A DNA stretch of 64,000 bases from contig JBITNC010000001.1 of assembly GCA_050084985.1 (NCBI GenBank), forward strand, positions 79,794,001 through 79,858,000, written 5' to 3'. The DNA comes from Nageia nagi. Its lineage: Eukaryota; Plantae; Pinophyta. The notes beneath the pieces were generated by a model. The model searched no databases, was not told the origin of the DNA, and was given only the letters and a program-made list of their open reading frames with translations. Shown in pieces: positions 49,504-62,113 of the stretch. A program made the translations under genes and the position numbers. The stretch's first letter is position 1, and each line of letters begins with the position of its first letter.

Positions 49504-52500
49504 TCTTCTTAGCTAATTCCAATTCAACATAACTAGAGAAATAAACAAAACAAATCAATGCAGGATTGGAACCAATCCTGCTTCAAAAAGGATTCAATTC
49601 TAGCTTAGCAGCAATTCTTTTGTGCATTTCTTGTTTGGGTGTTCCTGTCCGCTGTTATGGGCATTGGACTGGAGCTTTGGCTTTCATGTGCTCTTCCAAT
49701 TCAATAGAATTGATAATTCCTTTGAGGTTGTAGGTGATGAGAATGGATGTGAAAATATGCGGAGGTTCAACTTCAAATTTTGTTAGAACCGGTGGCCGTA
49801 TAAGGTACTGTGTTTAAGTCCTCAAATGTTCATGGGAAGAGGGTTCTCGGATATTACAGTTCACGGGCTAGAAAAAGAAAAAGAAAAATGTTGTTGAATG
49901 AAATTGAGTAATGAGTTTTGAGATGAATTTAACGAAGATATATCTTCAAATAAAACGTCTAAACTTAAACGTAACAAAAATGCTCCAATAATAATAGTCT
50001 TTTCTTCAAAATTTTCAAATTTGTAACAAAAATGTTTTCCTTTGTTCATAAAATAAATATTATCTTGAGTGCTATTTTCACCTTCAAAACAATCTTTCAA
50101 TTTTCTCTATGCTTCTCAAGCTATCATACAACCTACAAGAAGTAGAATAACATTCATTTTTGTACTTTTTCTAATATTAAGAAGAGCCAAATAATTTTGG
50201 TGTTGCTCCTCCTTCAATCTTCTTTCCTCTCCTTCAAGTTCAATTTTCCATTTCAGTATACCCATCTTCAACAATCTCCTAAATATTTTTGTACATCAAA
50301 TATTTCTTCATTTTTATGCTCCCAAATTAAAATATTCTCCATCAAATTTTTGGATTAGCAATAAATTTTTGTTGGTACCCATTACAGTAGAGGAACAAGA
50401 AACTCAATAAAGAAATCTACTTTGAAAATAATTTGATAAATTATTTTCAAGATCCCAAAGGTTGTTCAAACCCCTTAATTCAATTTAACCAAACTCTACT
50501 ACTATATGAAGAATTAAATCAAAAATAAAATAATAAAATTTTACTCAATTCAACAATGGAGCAATTGAAACAAAGATAACAATGGAGTTTGTAATATTCA
50601 CCGATACAGTACACATATATGTAATATAAAACCAATCTTGAAGCTTATCTTTCTCCAAATAGAACAAATGAACATATAGATTTGAATGAGAAATTCTTAA
50701 ACATTGCGAAATTGGATAAATGAAAAAATTAAACCTTAACAGTTCTTAGAAAATATGAAATGAATAAATTGATAAAAATGGCAGCTCTGGCATTAGCATG
50801 GGTACGAATATTGATGTGGGAGTTGGCATTGGCATAACATAGGTATACATACCATGGCACTAGCATAACAAAATAATCTAAACTTTAAGGAGAGATTTAA
50901 CTTCCAACAAGTATATGATGCCCTCCCCAATTTATGATTTATATGACAGTGTATTAGTGCATTATTATTATTATACCGTTGATGTGATTTGGTAAATTAT
51001 GATCCAAATTTTTGATATTTATGACATGATCCTATGATATTTTATAAGATTTGATGTTGGCTTTGAGTTTTAATTTTGGATGACTAGATGGATCAAGGAA
51101 AGTTGGTTAGTAGGAATGAAGGTTCAAATTTGGATATAATGGATGATAGCATCGTCAATAGCCTACATTGGAAAATTAGATTATATAGTTGCATGATGCA
51201 TTGCATGTTTGCTTATTGATCCTAACCCTTACGATGTATGTAGATTTTACTAACCTCGTTATAATACACATGTAATAAAAAGAATAAATATGAAATTAAT
51301 CATTAAGGTAAAATTAATAGTGGTAGGTGATGAGCCATGTTAGGTAAGAGTTGATTGCTTACAAGAAAGCATAAAAAAAATAATACCAACATAATTGATG
51401 AGTTTGATTTAAAGCTCATGAGAGAAATATAAAATACTCCTCAATCACCAAGATGATGAACACTGATGTTTGACAGATACCATGATCTTGTTGACTTTAT
51501 GACTAAATGAGATAAGTTTTAATAAATTCAGGTTACTAAGGACATGGATTTCCTTGATCATTTCAACATTTATAATAAGAAAAATAATAGTCCAATCAGA
51601 TCAATTTACCTTTCTTAATGTATTCAAAGCATGCACCAAGGTGGGAGCATAGGTAGAGATGCAATTCTACATAACGAAAGCTTTAGAAAAAAAAACTTCT
51701 TAAACCAATTACTCAATATATGGAAGTTGGGATATAGTTCCTAACAATAAAAAACTCCACAATGTGATTACATAGCCATAAACCAACACAAGAGAATAAA
51801 AACCAACTAAATTGATAATATCAACCTTCATAAATACATGAGCTTTAATGTGAACTTTACCATAAATGTATGACAAATGAGAGGCCACATAATCACACTA
51901 GAGAAAATCAATAAGAATATAGAGCTAAATAATAAAATGCAACTATCGTAGCCTCATCAATATTACATTTAGAATGGTATGTACATATTAGGGAGAAAAG
52001 TAATTGGATCTATAACTTTCTAATAAATAATAACTCCTAATTCTATTCAACCTATCCCTAAGGATTAGGTTTTCAATAAAAGGTAGTCACATTATTTTAA
52101 ATTCCTATTTTCTTTGAGTAAAATTTTTCTTTGTAGAGAGAAAACTACTCATATTTTTACTATTTTGAATATTCAAGACTTATCAAAAGCAAGCAAGTAT
52201 GATAGTTGATGAAGTACTAGATTATAGCCAAGGGAGCCCTAAGAAATACAAGGTAGAATGCACTTTTAATATTTTTCCTCAACTTAGTCAATTCTATTTC
52301 ATTTGATTTGTAATATTTTGTAAAGGTATATATTATTATTTAATAGAAGATGTGTTCAGTTGGAGGAGGTGAAGGGGAAAAAGATGATGCCACTAATGAA
52401 TCCTAAGAAGGAACTTCCACTAGGAAGGCTTTAGAAATTTTAGCTTCCACTAGAAAGACTACAAAGGATTCTTTAATTGCAACTACTAAGTTGAATGGTG

Positions 52501-52699
52501 ATAAGGTCTGCATCCTTTCTCCATTCATTCCCTACGATCTACGTATTGCTAAATTTTCTATGGTAGAGAGAAAATTATTCATATTTTTCTTATTTTAAAT
52601 CTTTAAGACTCTTATCAAAAGAAAGTATGGATATTGATGACATATTTATAGACAACCAAGGGATCTTTGGAGTTGGTAAGTGTTCGGGCTTTAAAGTTG

Positions 52700-53510
52700 A
52701 TAATTCTACAATTTATAGTTTTGAAAGAATATAATTGGATAATAAAGATAATGCAATAAGACTATATACTATTATATCAAAGGCTAACATAGATCACATG
52801 ACTAAAGGTGTTGGAGCAAAGAAATCTTGTAGTTATATCATAATACTTATTATTAACTAGTTTCTATAAAATCCAACAAAGGTGTCAGTAAAATCAAACT
52901 TTGATGATTTGATAAAAGGAGGTAAAGCACATAAAATATTGTGGAAAGGGTCTATTAGAAAGAGGTTTCATGATGGGTATTTAGATTTGAAAATATTATT
53001 TATAAAAGTATTATGACCTTTGAAGAGTGATAAGTTCCTTGAAGGCTTCTTATAGCCAAAGTGCCTGGAACTTTAGCCAAACTTCCCACACCTTAAGGAA
53101 TTTTGGTCATTTGATAATGTATGGGAATCAATCTCAAATAAAAGTCAATGAAATAAGTTAGTGGTCTATATTATTATTTGGGATGACCATAATTTTGTTC
53201 TCGAGGTGGAAAAAGAAGTATATTATGTAATTGATTCACTTGGAGATAGATTGTAGGAAATAGGTGGGAATGCATATGTATTGAATTTGTTAAGGACACA
53301 TAAATATATGAATATGAATAACCAATCAAAAATGAGGGGTAGAGACATAAAAAGCTTAAATGTAAAGGAAATGAATTTTGTATGGATTTATTTGAAAGAT
53401 TTTTAATAGCTTCCCTAGTGAGGTAAGTGGTTAGTGATTTTCAAGTAGGTAAGGCTATGGATCACTACACAATTTCAAAAGTATTTCTACAAATTGAGTT
53501 CAATAGGATA
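52700..53510 (+). pseudogene. Decayed homologue of the C-terminal domain of plant At3g11760/F26K24.5-like (NT-C2-associated) proteins
   Basis: Ordered motifs ANIDH..SC, KSNFDDLIKGG, RFHDGYLDL, SFDNVWESI, VYIIIWDDHNFVLEVEKEVYYVIDSLGDRL, KGNEFC and LQIEFN match the recalled family motifs ASIDQRSE..SAC, KSQFDSLIREG, RFPDKHFDL, SFDNIWDEI, VYIVSWNDHFFVLKVE..AYYIIDTLGERL and LQIEFH; stops and frameshifts present. Confidence 0.7.
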
Positions 53511-56399
53511 ATAGTTGATGGTATGAAAATAGTAAAAAAAGGGTAAGAGGTGTTCCAACTAGTTGAAAAACAAAAAGAAGTAGCAACTACAATCATTATT
53601 TCCATGAATGATTGAACACTTGCAGTAGTGAGAAATATATGAATTTAAAAGTATAACAAAAGTTAATTCAAGAGATGATTGGGAAAAAACATCGTATGGT
53701 CAACAACGATAATGGATTTGGTATGCATGTTTAATTTTTTTATTTAAATTATCATTTGATTCATATTGTTATAACCAAAATAATAATTTATTAGGGTTAT
53801 TTAGGATATTCAATTTAATTGAATAATGAAGAAATAGTAGTAAATAACAATAACATGAAAGATGATAATGATCTAAGAAGACCTAATTAACCTTTACCTA
53901 TAAAACCTAGATTAACAAAGGATACTAGAAATATGTACTTTGCCTATCATGATGAATGAAGGTAATATTTGACTCAAAGGGGATCAATGATGAGCTTCTT
54001 CATTTCATGAAGCCACCAATTAGTCCTCAATCTAGCAATGTCGCTAGGATCCCAACATTGTCACTTGACTATCATTCTATATTACCTAATGGTCTTGCTT
54101 GATATCGTTGGCATGCCTTAATGCTCAAAATATCATGCATAATTAGCTCAAAAGGGTCACAAGATTGCAGAACTCAGAGTATAACAAAATCCAAATATGA
54201 TAGGTGGCATCAAGAAACATCGATCAAGAATGATATAGGTATATTACTACCTATCAAGGATTCTAGATCGTATCATGATTTCTCATGTACGAACCTTCCA
54301 CCTTTGTAGATAGCAGGTCTAGTTCCAAGGTTCCTCCTTGGGCTTATGGGTGCACGTGGACCAAGACTCTTTCTTGGGTTTATCTCCAAACCGATCTGTT
54401 ATCATAAAACATAAAGGTAGATAAGCATGCATAATAAAAATGGTATTAAATCACTTAAATAAATAAATTATTACAAATACATAAAAGGTGTATTTTAATT
54501 AAATTAAATTTCCTTTTTAGGTATTAACATATGCCTTACTTTGAATCTGATTTGATACTTTTGAGATAAAATAAAATCAAAGTCTAAATTCCAAGTATAA
54601 CAAGATAAGCAAGAAAATAGTCTCTGAAAAATATCTTCATGGTAATTGCTTTGGATGCTCCAGTTTTCATCAATATTAAACTCCCTCTTTGTCTTGGTTA
54701 CAACATGTTGAACCACTCAACATAGGAGCAACCCAAGAAAAAGATAACGGAACTTGTAATCCACTTAAACAAGAAATATTTTCCATGAGATATCTCAAAT
54801 ATAGATATTAAACATCATATCATATGTATATCATGAAAGAACAAGACACCAAACCTATCCTTGGTGGCTTACCCACCAAGAGTATGATAAGAGATTGCTT
54901 TTGATTAAGAAGGACTTACCACCTCAACTTGATGATGAGGTCTTACCAATTAACATCAATTTATGTGAAAGACCTAGACTGTAGTGAAATGCTCATCACC
55001 ACCATCATAATCCATTATGTTGCCATGGAATTTGATAAGAGTGCCTCTATCTTACAAAGAGACCAATGATAAGAGTACCTCTCCCTTGCAAAGATACCAA
55101 TGTTAAGAGTGCTATGACAAACATTTATATGATATGATATGATAAAAGATATGAAAAGTATGATTATGATAAACATGATATGAAAAGCATGATATGATAA
55201 AAAATATATGTTCTTGTGGTGATCATATTTATCAATGACCATTTTAAATACTCATTACAAAGAAGCACAATTTATAAAAATGATTTATATTCACTTTAAT
55301 AACACAATAATGTTACTCAAAACCTAGTGATGTTGTTGGGATTTTTCACTTAATGTCTTACAATTTTAGTTATAACAAACAAAAAGATAGGTATAATGTG
55401 AAATAGAGTAAACATTGAATCATTTTAGATGCATAATATTTAGTATCTCATATAAACCTTATTAGCTTATCATATTATAGGACTATCACATAATTATCAA
55501 ACTATAAGGATCATCATAGCTAGCAAAGCATAATAATTAACATTATGAAGAATAATCTTGAAGGATCATAATAAAGAGAATCATCATAGTAATTATTATC
55601 CCAAGTACCCAAGGGATGAGAATAAACTAAGAGAATCACTAAGTACTGATTGCCACAAGTACCCAAGGAAAGGATAATAAAATGAACCATAAAGATCAAA
55701 TTAGAGCGCGGTACCTAAACTTATCTTTGAATTGGGGGACCTTTTTCCCCTAAGAATTAGAGAAGAGCATTAATATCATTGAATATAAGAGTAACAAGCT
55801 TACCTTTCTACATATAATATGAACCTATCATAGAAATCTATACAAAATTATCTTTATCTTTTTCTGCACACTTTATTCTTTTCCTATTATTTTTTAACCT
55901 TCTTTTTATTTTATTTTTATAACTTAGCTTATTAGGACACTTAGAAGATGTTGTGATTAATTCTATTGGTTTTGAATCACTTTTTACACTCATCTCCATA
56001 TATTTAACCTCTCAAACCTTTTCTATTTCACAATTGACTTCATTTTTAGATCATCATCACTCAGATTCCTCCTTTATGGAGCGACATTGCTCATTTTCTT
56101 CAAAAAATGCATATTCTTAAAGCTTCTAAACTCTTCCCAAATATTGTTATCACCAAAATTAACTACCCCTAGGATTGTATCAATCTTTGTAACCTGTTTT
56201 TGCTATTTTTTCTCAATTGATTCTTTATTATCTTTCTCATTTTCCTTGTTTGATACCTCATTTTCTTTAGTAGTATTTTTTATTTGTGGCTAGATATTTT
56301 TGAAAAGTAATCTATTAAAATATGAGTGTATACATTTGTGTTCTTGAGAATTTGCAAGTAAGATTCTCTATGCATAGGACATATCTAGAGCAATCTAAA

Positions 56400-57350
56400 T
56401 AAATTTATTCCATCTTGATCATATTCCAACTATGATATTAGTGATGGAATTTCTTGGGTTATATTAGCACTTATATTATTGAATTGAAAATGATCTTCAC
56501 TAGAATCATATTGATAACAATCCTCATTATCATTTGGATCATATTTAATTTTACCACTATCAATGAGTTTTTGTAGATTCTCCTTAATGTAATACAACCA
56601 TTAGTCCTATGTCCTTTAACTTGATGATAAAGATAATAAACATTTTCACTATACCACCTTGATTTTGGATCATCATCTCCTAACTATTGTATTAGAATAA
56701 ACTTGATCAACCTTGCTACAAACAATCCTCATACATGACTTTAGGGCGGAAGAGGGAGTCTCTAATATTCATTTTCCTTATTACCTCATGGAGTGTCATC
56801 TCTCAGTGTATGGTCCTACTCACTAGCTTCAACATGTCTATCTTCTTTCTTTAGATATGACTTCTTATGATCTCTTGACTAACTATCATACTTCAATTTT
56901 TCCATTTCCACCATGCATTGCTCTTTTTGAATCAACTTATGAACAATGTTAAAAAAAAAATCCACATAATACATAAACCTCAATTCAGGATGAATATTAA
57001 GAGTAAATATAGCCTTTATATGTGGTTATAACAAAGGGTCTTTAATCATACTCCAATTTTTTTGAAATCTTTGAGAAAATATTTCTAATCTCTCATTTGG
57101 TATTTGCTTAGTATTCATTAAACTAGAAATAATAACTTGCCTAAGAGTTATATGTTTGAAATGCATATAAAATTTAGACATGAGTTGTGCATAAGAATTA
57201 AATGACTTAGAGGGTAAATAAAAATACCAATTAAGAGCATCACTCTTTAAAGTAGTTATAAAATACTTAGCCATTAGACTATTATTTACTCTAAACTACA
57301 TCTCAAAAGCCTTGATATAAGCCATAGGATCTCCTTCTCCTTAATATGAA
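56400..57350 (-). mobile_element. Heavily decayed gypsy gag fragment
   Basis: TTLKSDALNWYFYLPSKSFNSY..LMSKF..F...KQIPNERL..F..RF (retrotransposon gag pattern) and a knuckle remnant YHQVKGHRTNGC. Confidence 0.65.
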
Positions 57351-58341
57351 TAAAAAATTGGTTCCACTTGAAGTTTGAGTGCCTTTTAATTTATAATATC
57401 ATCACATAAAGGATTTGAATCCTTTAAACATTTGAAACTCATCTGCTTTGTATTGTTTCATCATCACCATAAAGCATCTTCTTCAAAGTAGCTTTAGTAG
57501 TATCATCAAAGTTATTAATTATGGTAAGAAATTAGTAAATTCCATATTTGAAATACTCAAAATACAATATCAGTTCTATCTAAAAACCCAATGGCTTTTG
57601 GCACAACTAGTAGGTAAAATATGTAATTATGGACTTCTAAAAATCATAATTATTTCCTAGTCATATATATCTATGGTTAGGGCAAATTTTTATTATAAAA
57701 TAAATCACCAAATAGTTGCAAAATATTTTTAAAATTTTGAGCTTTTTAATATGACATTTTTATGCAAAAATTTCTCAATATTGATCAAAATATGCAATTT
57801 TAATCATTAAAAAATCATAAAAAAAATTTAATTATATTTATCTATAGTTTGGATAATATTTTGGAATTCTAGATCTTACCAAATTGAACAAATTGACCTT
57901 CAAAATTTAGGTTTTTCTTCAAAAATGAAATTCACAAAAAAAACTTCTTATGCATCCACCTATTCCCAATAGCATTTTCACCTATTCCTGACATCCAAAA
58001 ACCTAAAATTTCATACCTAGTTTTTTTTATTAGTTTAAATACTCAAATAATATAGGAATGGACCAAGCAATCCACATGAGCTTGTTAATGTTGTTAGCTA
58101 GTGAACACTCACATTGCAAGATTGGCTAAAGTTAAAATTAACCAACCCTAATCAAATCTCCTCTGGTATTCACTCCATAATGCTCATCCCATTGAGGAGA
58201 TGCCTCATATGTGAGCCCACCATTTCTGCTTTACAAACTATGCAACAGACATTTTGTACATGACATAGTGGTTTCCTACTTGAGGCCCATATCACCTTAG
58301 AGAATGTACATCCATTAGGTTACAAATCCTCACTCGATGAT

Positions 58342-60663
58342 TGAGAGAATTAGCACTACTCTAATTCCCAAGGTCCAAGACTATAAAAAGCTCAATCACA
58401 TTCAACATGCAACATCTACAAGCTACTAACACATTCACACAATATGACACCAATATAATGTGGTTCCTCCCTCCTTGGGAGTATATCCACAACTAGTTCT
58501 CTATTCTCAATCTATGCACCTCTTACTACAATTCTCTTCCTCTCCTACACAACCTAGTAGAGTAATCTTACTCCAAAACTTAGATATGTTACAAGAGGAG
58601 AGGCCCTCTATTTATAGCTTGAGAGCACCTCCCTAACCTCCCTTAAACCCAAGGGTAAGGTTAGGGTTACAATAAATGCATGACCTAACTTTAACCTACC
58701 AACTAACCCCATGGTTATGTCAAAATCCAAACATAATAAAGAATTCAATTAATCCCTTAAGGTATCTACATATCCTTTAAGTGATTAATTGAACTTACAA
58801 GGAGTTTAGATATTCACAATATTTCATTACAAATTCTAACACTCCCCCTTAATGCAATATTGGGATAGAGCGTAGAAGAAAGAAGAGAGAGAGTAAGAGA
58901 GAGTTCTCCTCCATAGAGATACAAGTGGAGATAGAACTTTTACATATTTGAGAATCTTTTTGAGAACTAGTATGAGACTCACTACATTACCATTTGACAA
59001 AATGGTTTACAATACAATCATTAACCACAACTGGTTTCACTGTACATAGTAGTCGATCAACTTTAAGCTGACATGTGAGTCTCCATGAGCTTGCTTTCAC
59101 AAGGTGAGTAACCTGCATTTCTGAAGAAGATCCTGCATGCTACAAGCAACTCATGAATAAAATCAGTTAGATGCATCATATATTCAAATAAGAGAATCAA
59201 ATAATGCCATCTTATAAATAACTGATTAATGGTGCACTATAAGTCATCACGGAGATGCCAAGCCATCACTCATAGTCACCTGTTGTATATAGACATGTGT
59301 TGATTATTAATAGAGCATAAAAATTGTACAACGAGTTTCTCACGCAGAGCAAACTCACCACGGAGGTATAGAATGTACAACAAGTTCATCACGTAGAGCG
59401 AACTTACCACGGAGGTATATTAATTATATGCTCAAAAAATTGTACAACGAGTTTCTCACGCAGAGCAAACTCACCACGAAGGTAAAAAATGTACAACAAG
59501 TTTGTCATGCAGAGCAAACTTACCACAGAGGTGTAAAATGTACAACAAGTTTGTCACGCAAAGCAAACTTACCATGGAGGTATAAATATGTACAATAAGT
59601 TTGTCATGCAGAGCAAACTTACCACGGAGGTATAAAATAATCAACACTCTATAACAACAATTGTACAACAAGTTTGTCACGCAGAGCAAACTTACCACGG
59701 AGGTATAGAATGTACAATAAAAAAAGGCCTCTTAGAGGTGAAGTTGTCATCACTAACAAAAGTTCAAACTTTACTCCCCCTTGAGGGCAACTTCACCAAC
59801 TCGAGAGAATACCTAAGCTTGCTGAACTGAGCTTTAGGAAGGGGCTTGGTGAATAAATCAGCAGAGTTTTTAGTAGATGGACAATACTCCAAGTGTATGA
59901 TGTCATCTAGAACCTTCTCCCTGATAAAATGGGCTTGGATTTCCACATGTTTGGTTCTCTGATGGAACACAAGATTCTTAGCCAAAGAGATAGCTGATTG
60001 ATTGTCTGAAGAAATAAGAGATGGGTTATTTTGTTCATACCCAATTTCATTCAGAAGATGCCTTAGCCAAATAGCTTCTTGGGCGGTAATAGACATGGCT
60101 CGATATTCAGCTTCGATGGTAGAAAGAGTCACAGTAGGTTGCTTCTTGGAAGCCCAAGAGATAGCACCTGAACCAATGCTGAACACATATGCAGAGGTTA
60201 ATTTTCTGTCATCTCTATCTCCCCCATAATCAGAATCTGAGAACCCTAAGAGAATAATTGAGGGCACTTTGGAATACTTAAGAGCAAGATCCTTTGTCCC
60301 TGCCACATACGTCAAGATTTGCTTCACAGCATTGAGGTGTTCAACATATGGTTTTTGCATGAATCGTGCCATCAGATTCACTATAAAGGCAATATCAGGT
60401 CGAGAGATAGTCAGATACAAAAGACTACCAATCAATTGCCTATAAGCTATAGCATCAGCCAACTGAGAATCTGAGCTCAGTGATACAACGATTCCAGGAG
60501 AAACATGTATTGCAGCATATCTACACTCCTCCATTCCAAACTTTTGCAAGATGTCTGATATATACTTAGATTGACTAAGATAAGTACAATCTTTGTGTTG
60601 GTATACTTGCATCCCAAGATAGTAATGCAATAGACCTAAATCAGTCATTTCAAATGTTGCCTT
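58342..60663 (-). mobile_element. Copia element, outer copy: 3' part (RT end, RNase H, 3' UTR, 3' LTR 58342-58841)
   Basis: pol remnant 59764-60663 (FEMTDLGLLHYYLG...SDSDYGGDRDDRK...RTKHVEI...ADLFTKPL); PPT (minus AGGGGGAG) abuts LTR start TGTTAG at 58841. Confidence 0.93.
59325..59717 (-). repeat. 3' UTR tandem array, 7 units of a ~45-bp hairpin repeat (outer copia)
   Basis: Plus-strand consensus TGTACAACAAGTTTGTCACGCAGAGCAAACTTACCACGGAGGTAT with short or ~20-27 bp linkers. Confidence 0.95.
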
Positions 60664-61649
60664 TGAAGGATTTGAACTATAACTAAACAAATCCTCTAGG
60701 ACCTTAGACTAGGAAACTCAAGATAACACATCTATAATTCTAAGAACATCATTCACACAATATAACACCAATATAATGTGGTTCCTCCCTCCTTGGGAGT
60801 ACATCCACAACTAGTTCTCTTATTCTCAAATCTATGTCTCTCTTACAACTATTCTCTAGCTCTCTCCTACACAACCAAGTAGAGTAATCTTACTCAAAAC
60901 TTAGATGTGTTTACATGAGGAGAGGCCCTCTATTTATAGGTTGAGAGCACCTCCCTAATCTTCCTTTAACCCAAGGGTAAGGTTAGGGTTACATTAAATG
61001 TACCACCAAACTTCAACCTACCAACTAACTCCTTTGGTAAAGTCAAAGTCTACATATTAAAGAATTCTATTAATCACTTAAGGTATCTACATACCTTTAA
61101 GTGATTAATTGAATTTACAAGGAGTCTAGATATTCACAATATTTCATTACAAATTCTAACACTCCCCCTTAATGCAATATTGGGATAGAGCGTAGAAGAG
61201 AGAAGAGAGAGAGTAAGAGAGAGTTCTCCTCCATAGAGATACAAGTGGAGATGAGAACTTTTACATATTTTTGAGAATCTTTTTGAGAACTAGTATGAGA
61301 CTCACTACATTACCATTTGACAAAAATGGTTTACAATACAATCATTAACCACAACTGGTTTCACTGTACATAGTAGTCGATCAACTTTAAGCTGACATGT
61401 GAGTCTCCATGAGCTTGCTTTCTCAAGGTGAGTAACCTGCATTTCTAAAGAAGATCCTGCATGCTACAAGCAACTCATGAACAAAATCAGTTAGATGCAT
61501 CATATATTCAAATAAGAGAATCAAATAATGCCATCTTATAAATAACTGATCAATGGTGCACTATAAGTCATCACGGAGATGCCAAGCCATTACTCATAGT
61601 CACCTGTTGTATATAGACATGTGTTGATTTTAAAAATAGAGCATAAAAT

Positions 61650-62067
61650 TGTACAACGTGTTTCTCACGCAGAGCAAACTCACCACGGAGGTATAGAATG
61701 TACAATAAGTTCATCACGCAGAGCGAACTTACCACGGAGGTATATTAAATTATATGCTCAAAAATTGTACAACGAGTTTCTCACGCAGAGCAAACTCACC
61801 ACGGAGGTATAGAGCATAAAAATTGTACAACGAGTTTCTCACGCAGAGCAAACTCACCACGGAGGTATAGAATGTACAACAAGTTCGTCACGCAGAGCGA
61901 ACTTACCACGGAGGTATATTAATTATATGCTCAAAATTTGTACAACAAGTTTCTCACGCAGAGCAAACTTACCACTGAGGTATAAAATAATCAACACTCT
62001 ATAACAACAATTGTACAACAAGTTTGTCACGCAGAGCAAACTTACCACGGAGGTCTAGAATGTACAA
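61650..62067 (-). repeat. 3' UTR tandem array, 7 units (inner copia)
   Basis: Same unit as 59325-59717 with a different order of variants and linkers. Confidence 0.95.
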
Positions 62068-62113
62068 TCAAAAAAGGCCTCTTAGAGGTGAAGTTGTCAT
62101 CACTAACAAAAGT

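Noticed and set aside
53100-53260. Ulp1/C48 protease of a MULE or CACTA element
   Set aside because: The flanking motifs fit the At3g11760-like family better, and no transposase or TIRs were seen.
59110-59160. CTGAAGA resembling a hammerhead ribozyme CUGANGA core
   Set aside because: No stem II/GAAA arrangement follows, and the inner copy has CTAAAGA.
59764-60690. 308-aa ORF as an independent gene
   Set aside because: It is the outer copia pol remnant; its first residues derive from the inserted LTR end.
59325-62067. CRISPR-like appearance of the repeat/linker arrays
   Set aside because: Linkers are short, AT-rich and recurrent rather than unique spacers; there are no cas genes; the context is a eukaryotic copia 3' UTR.
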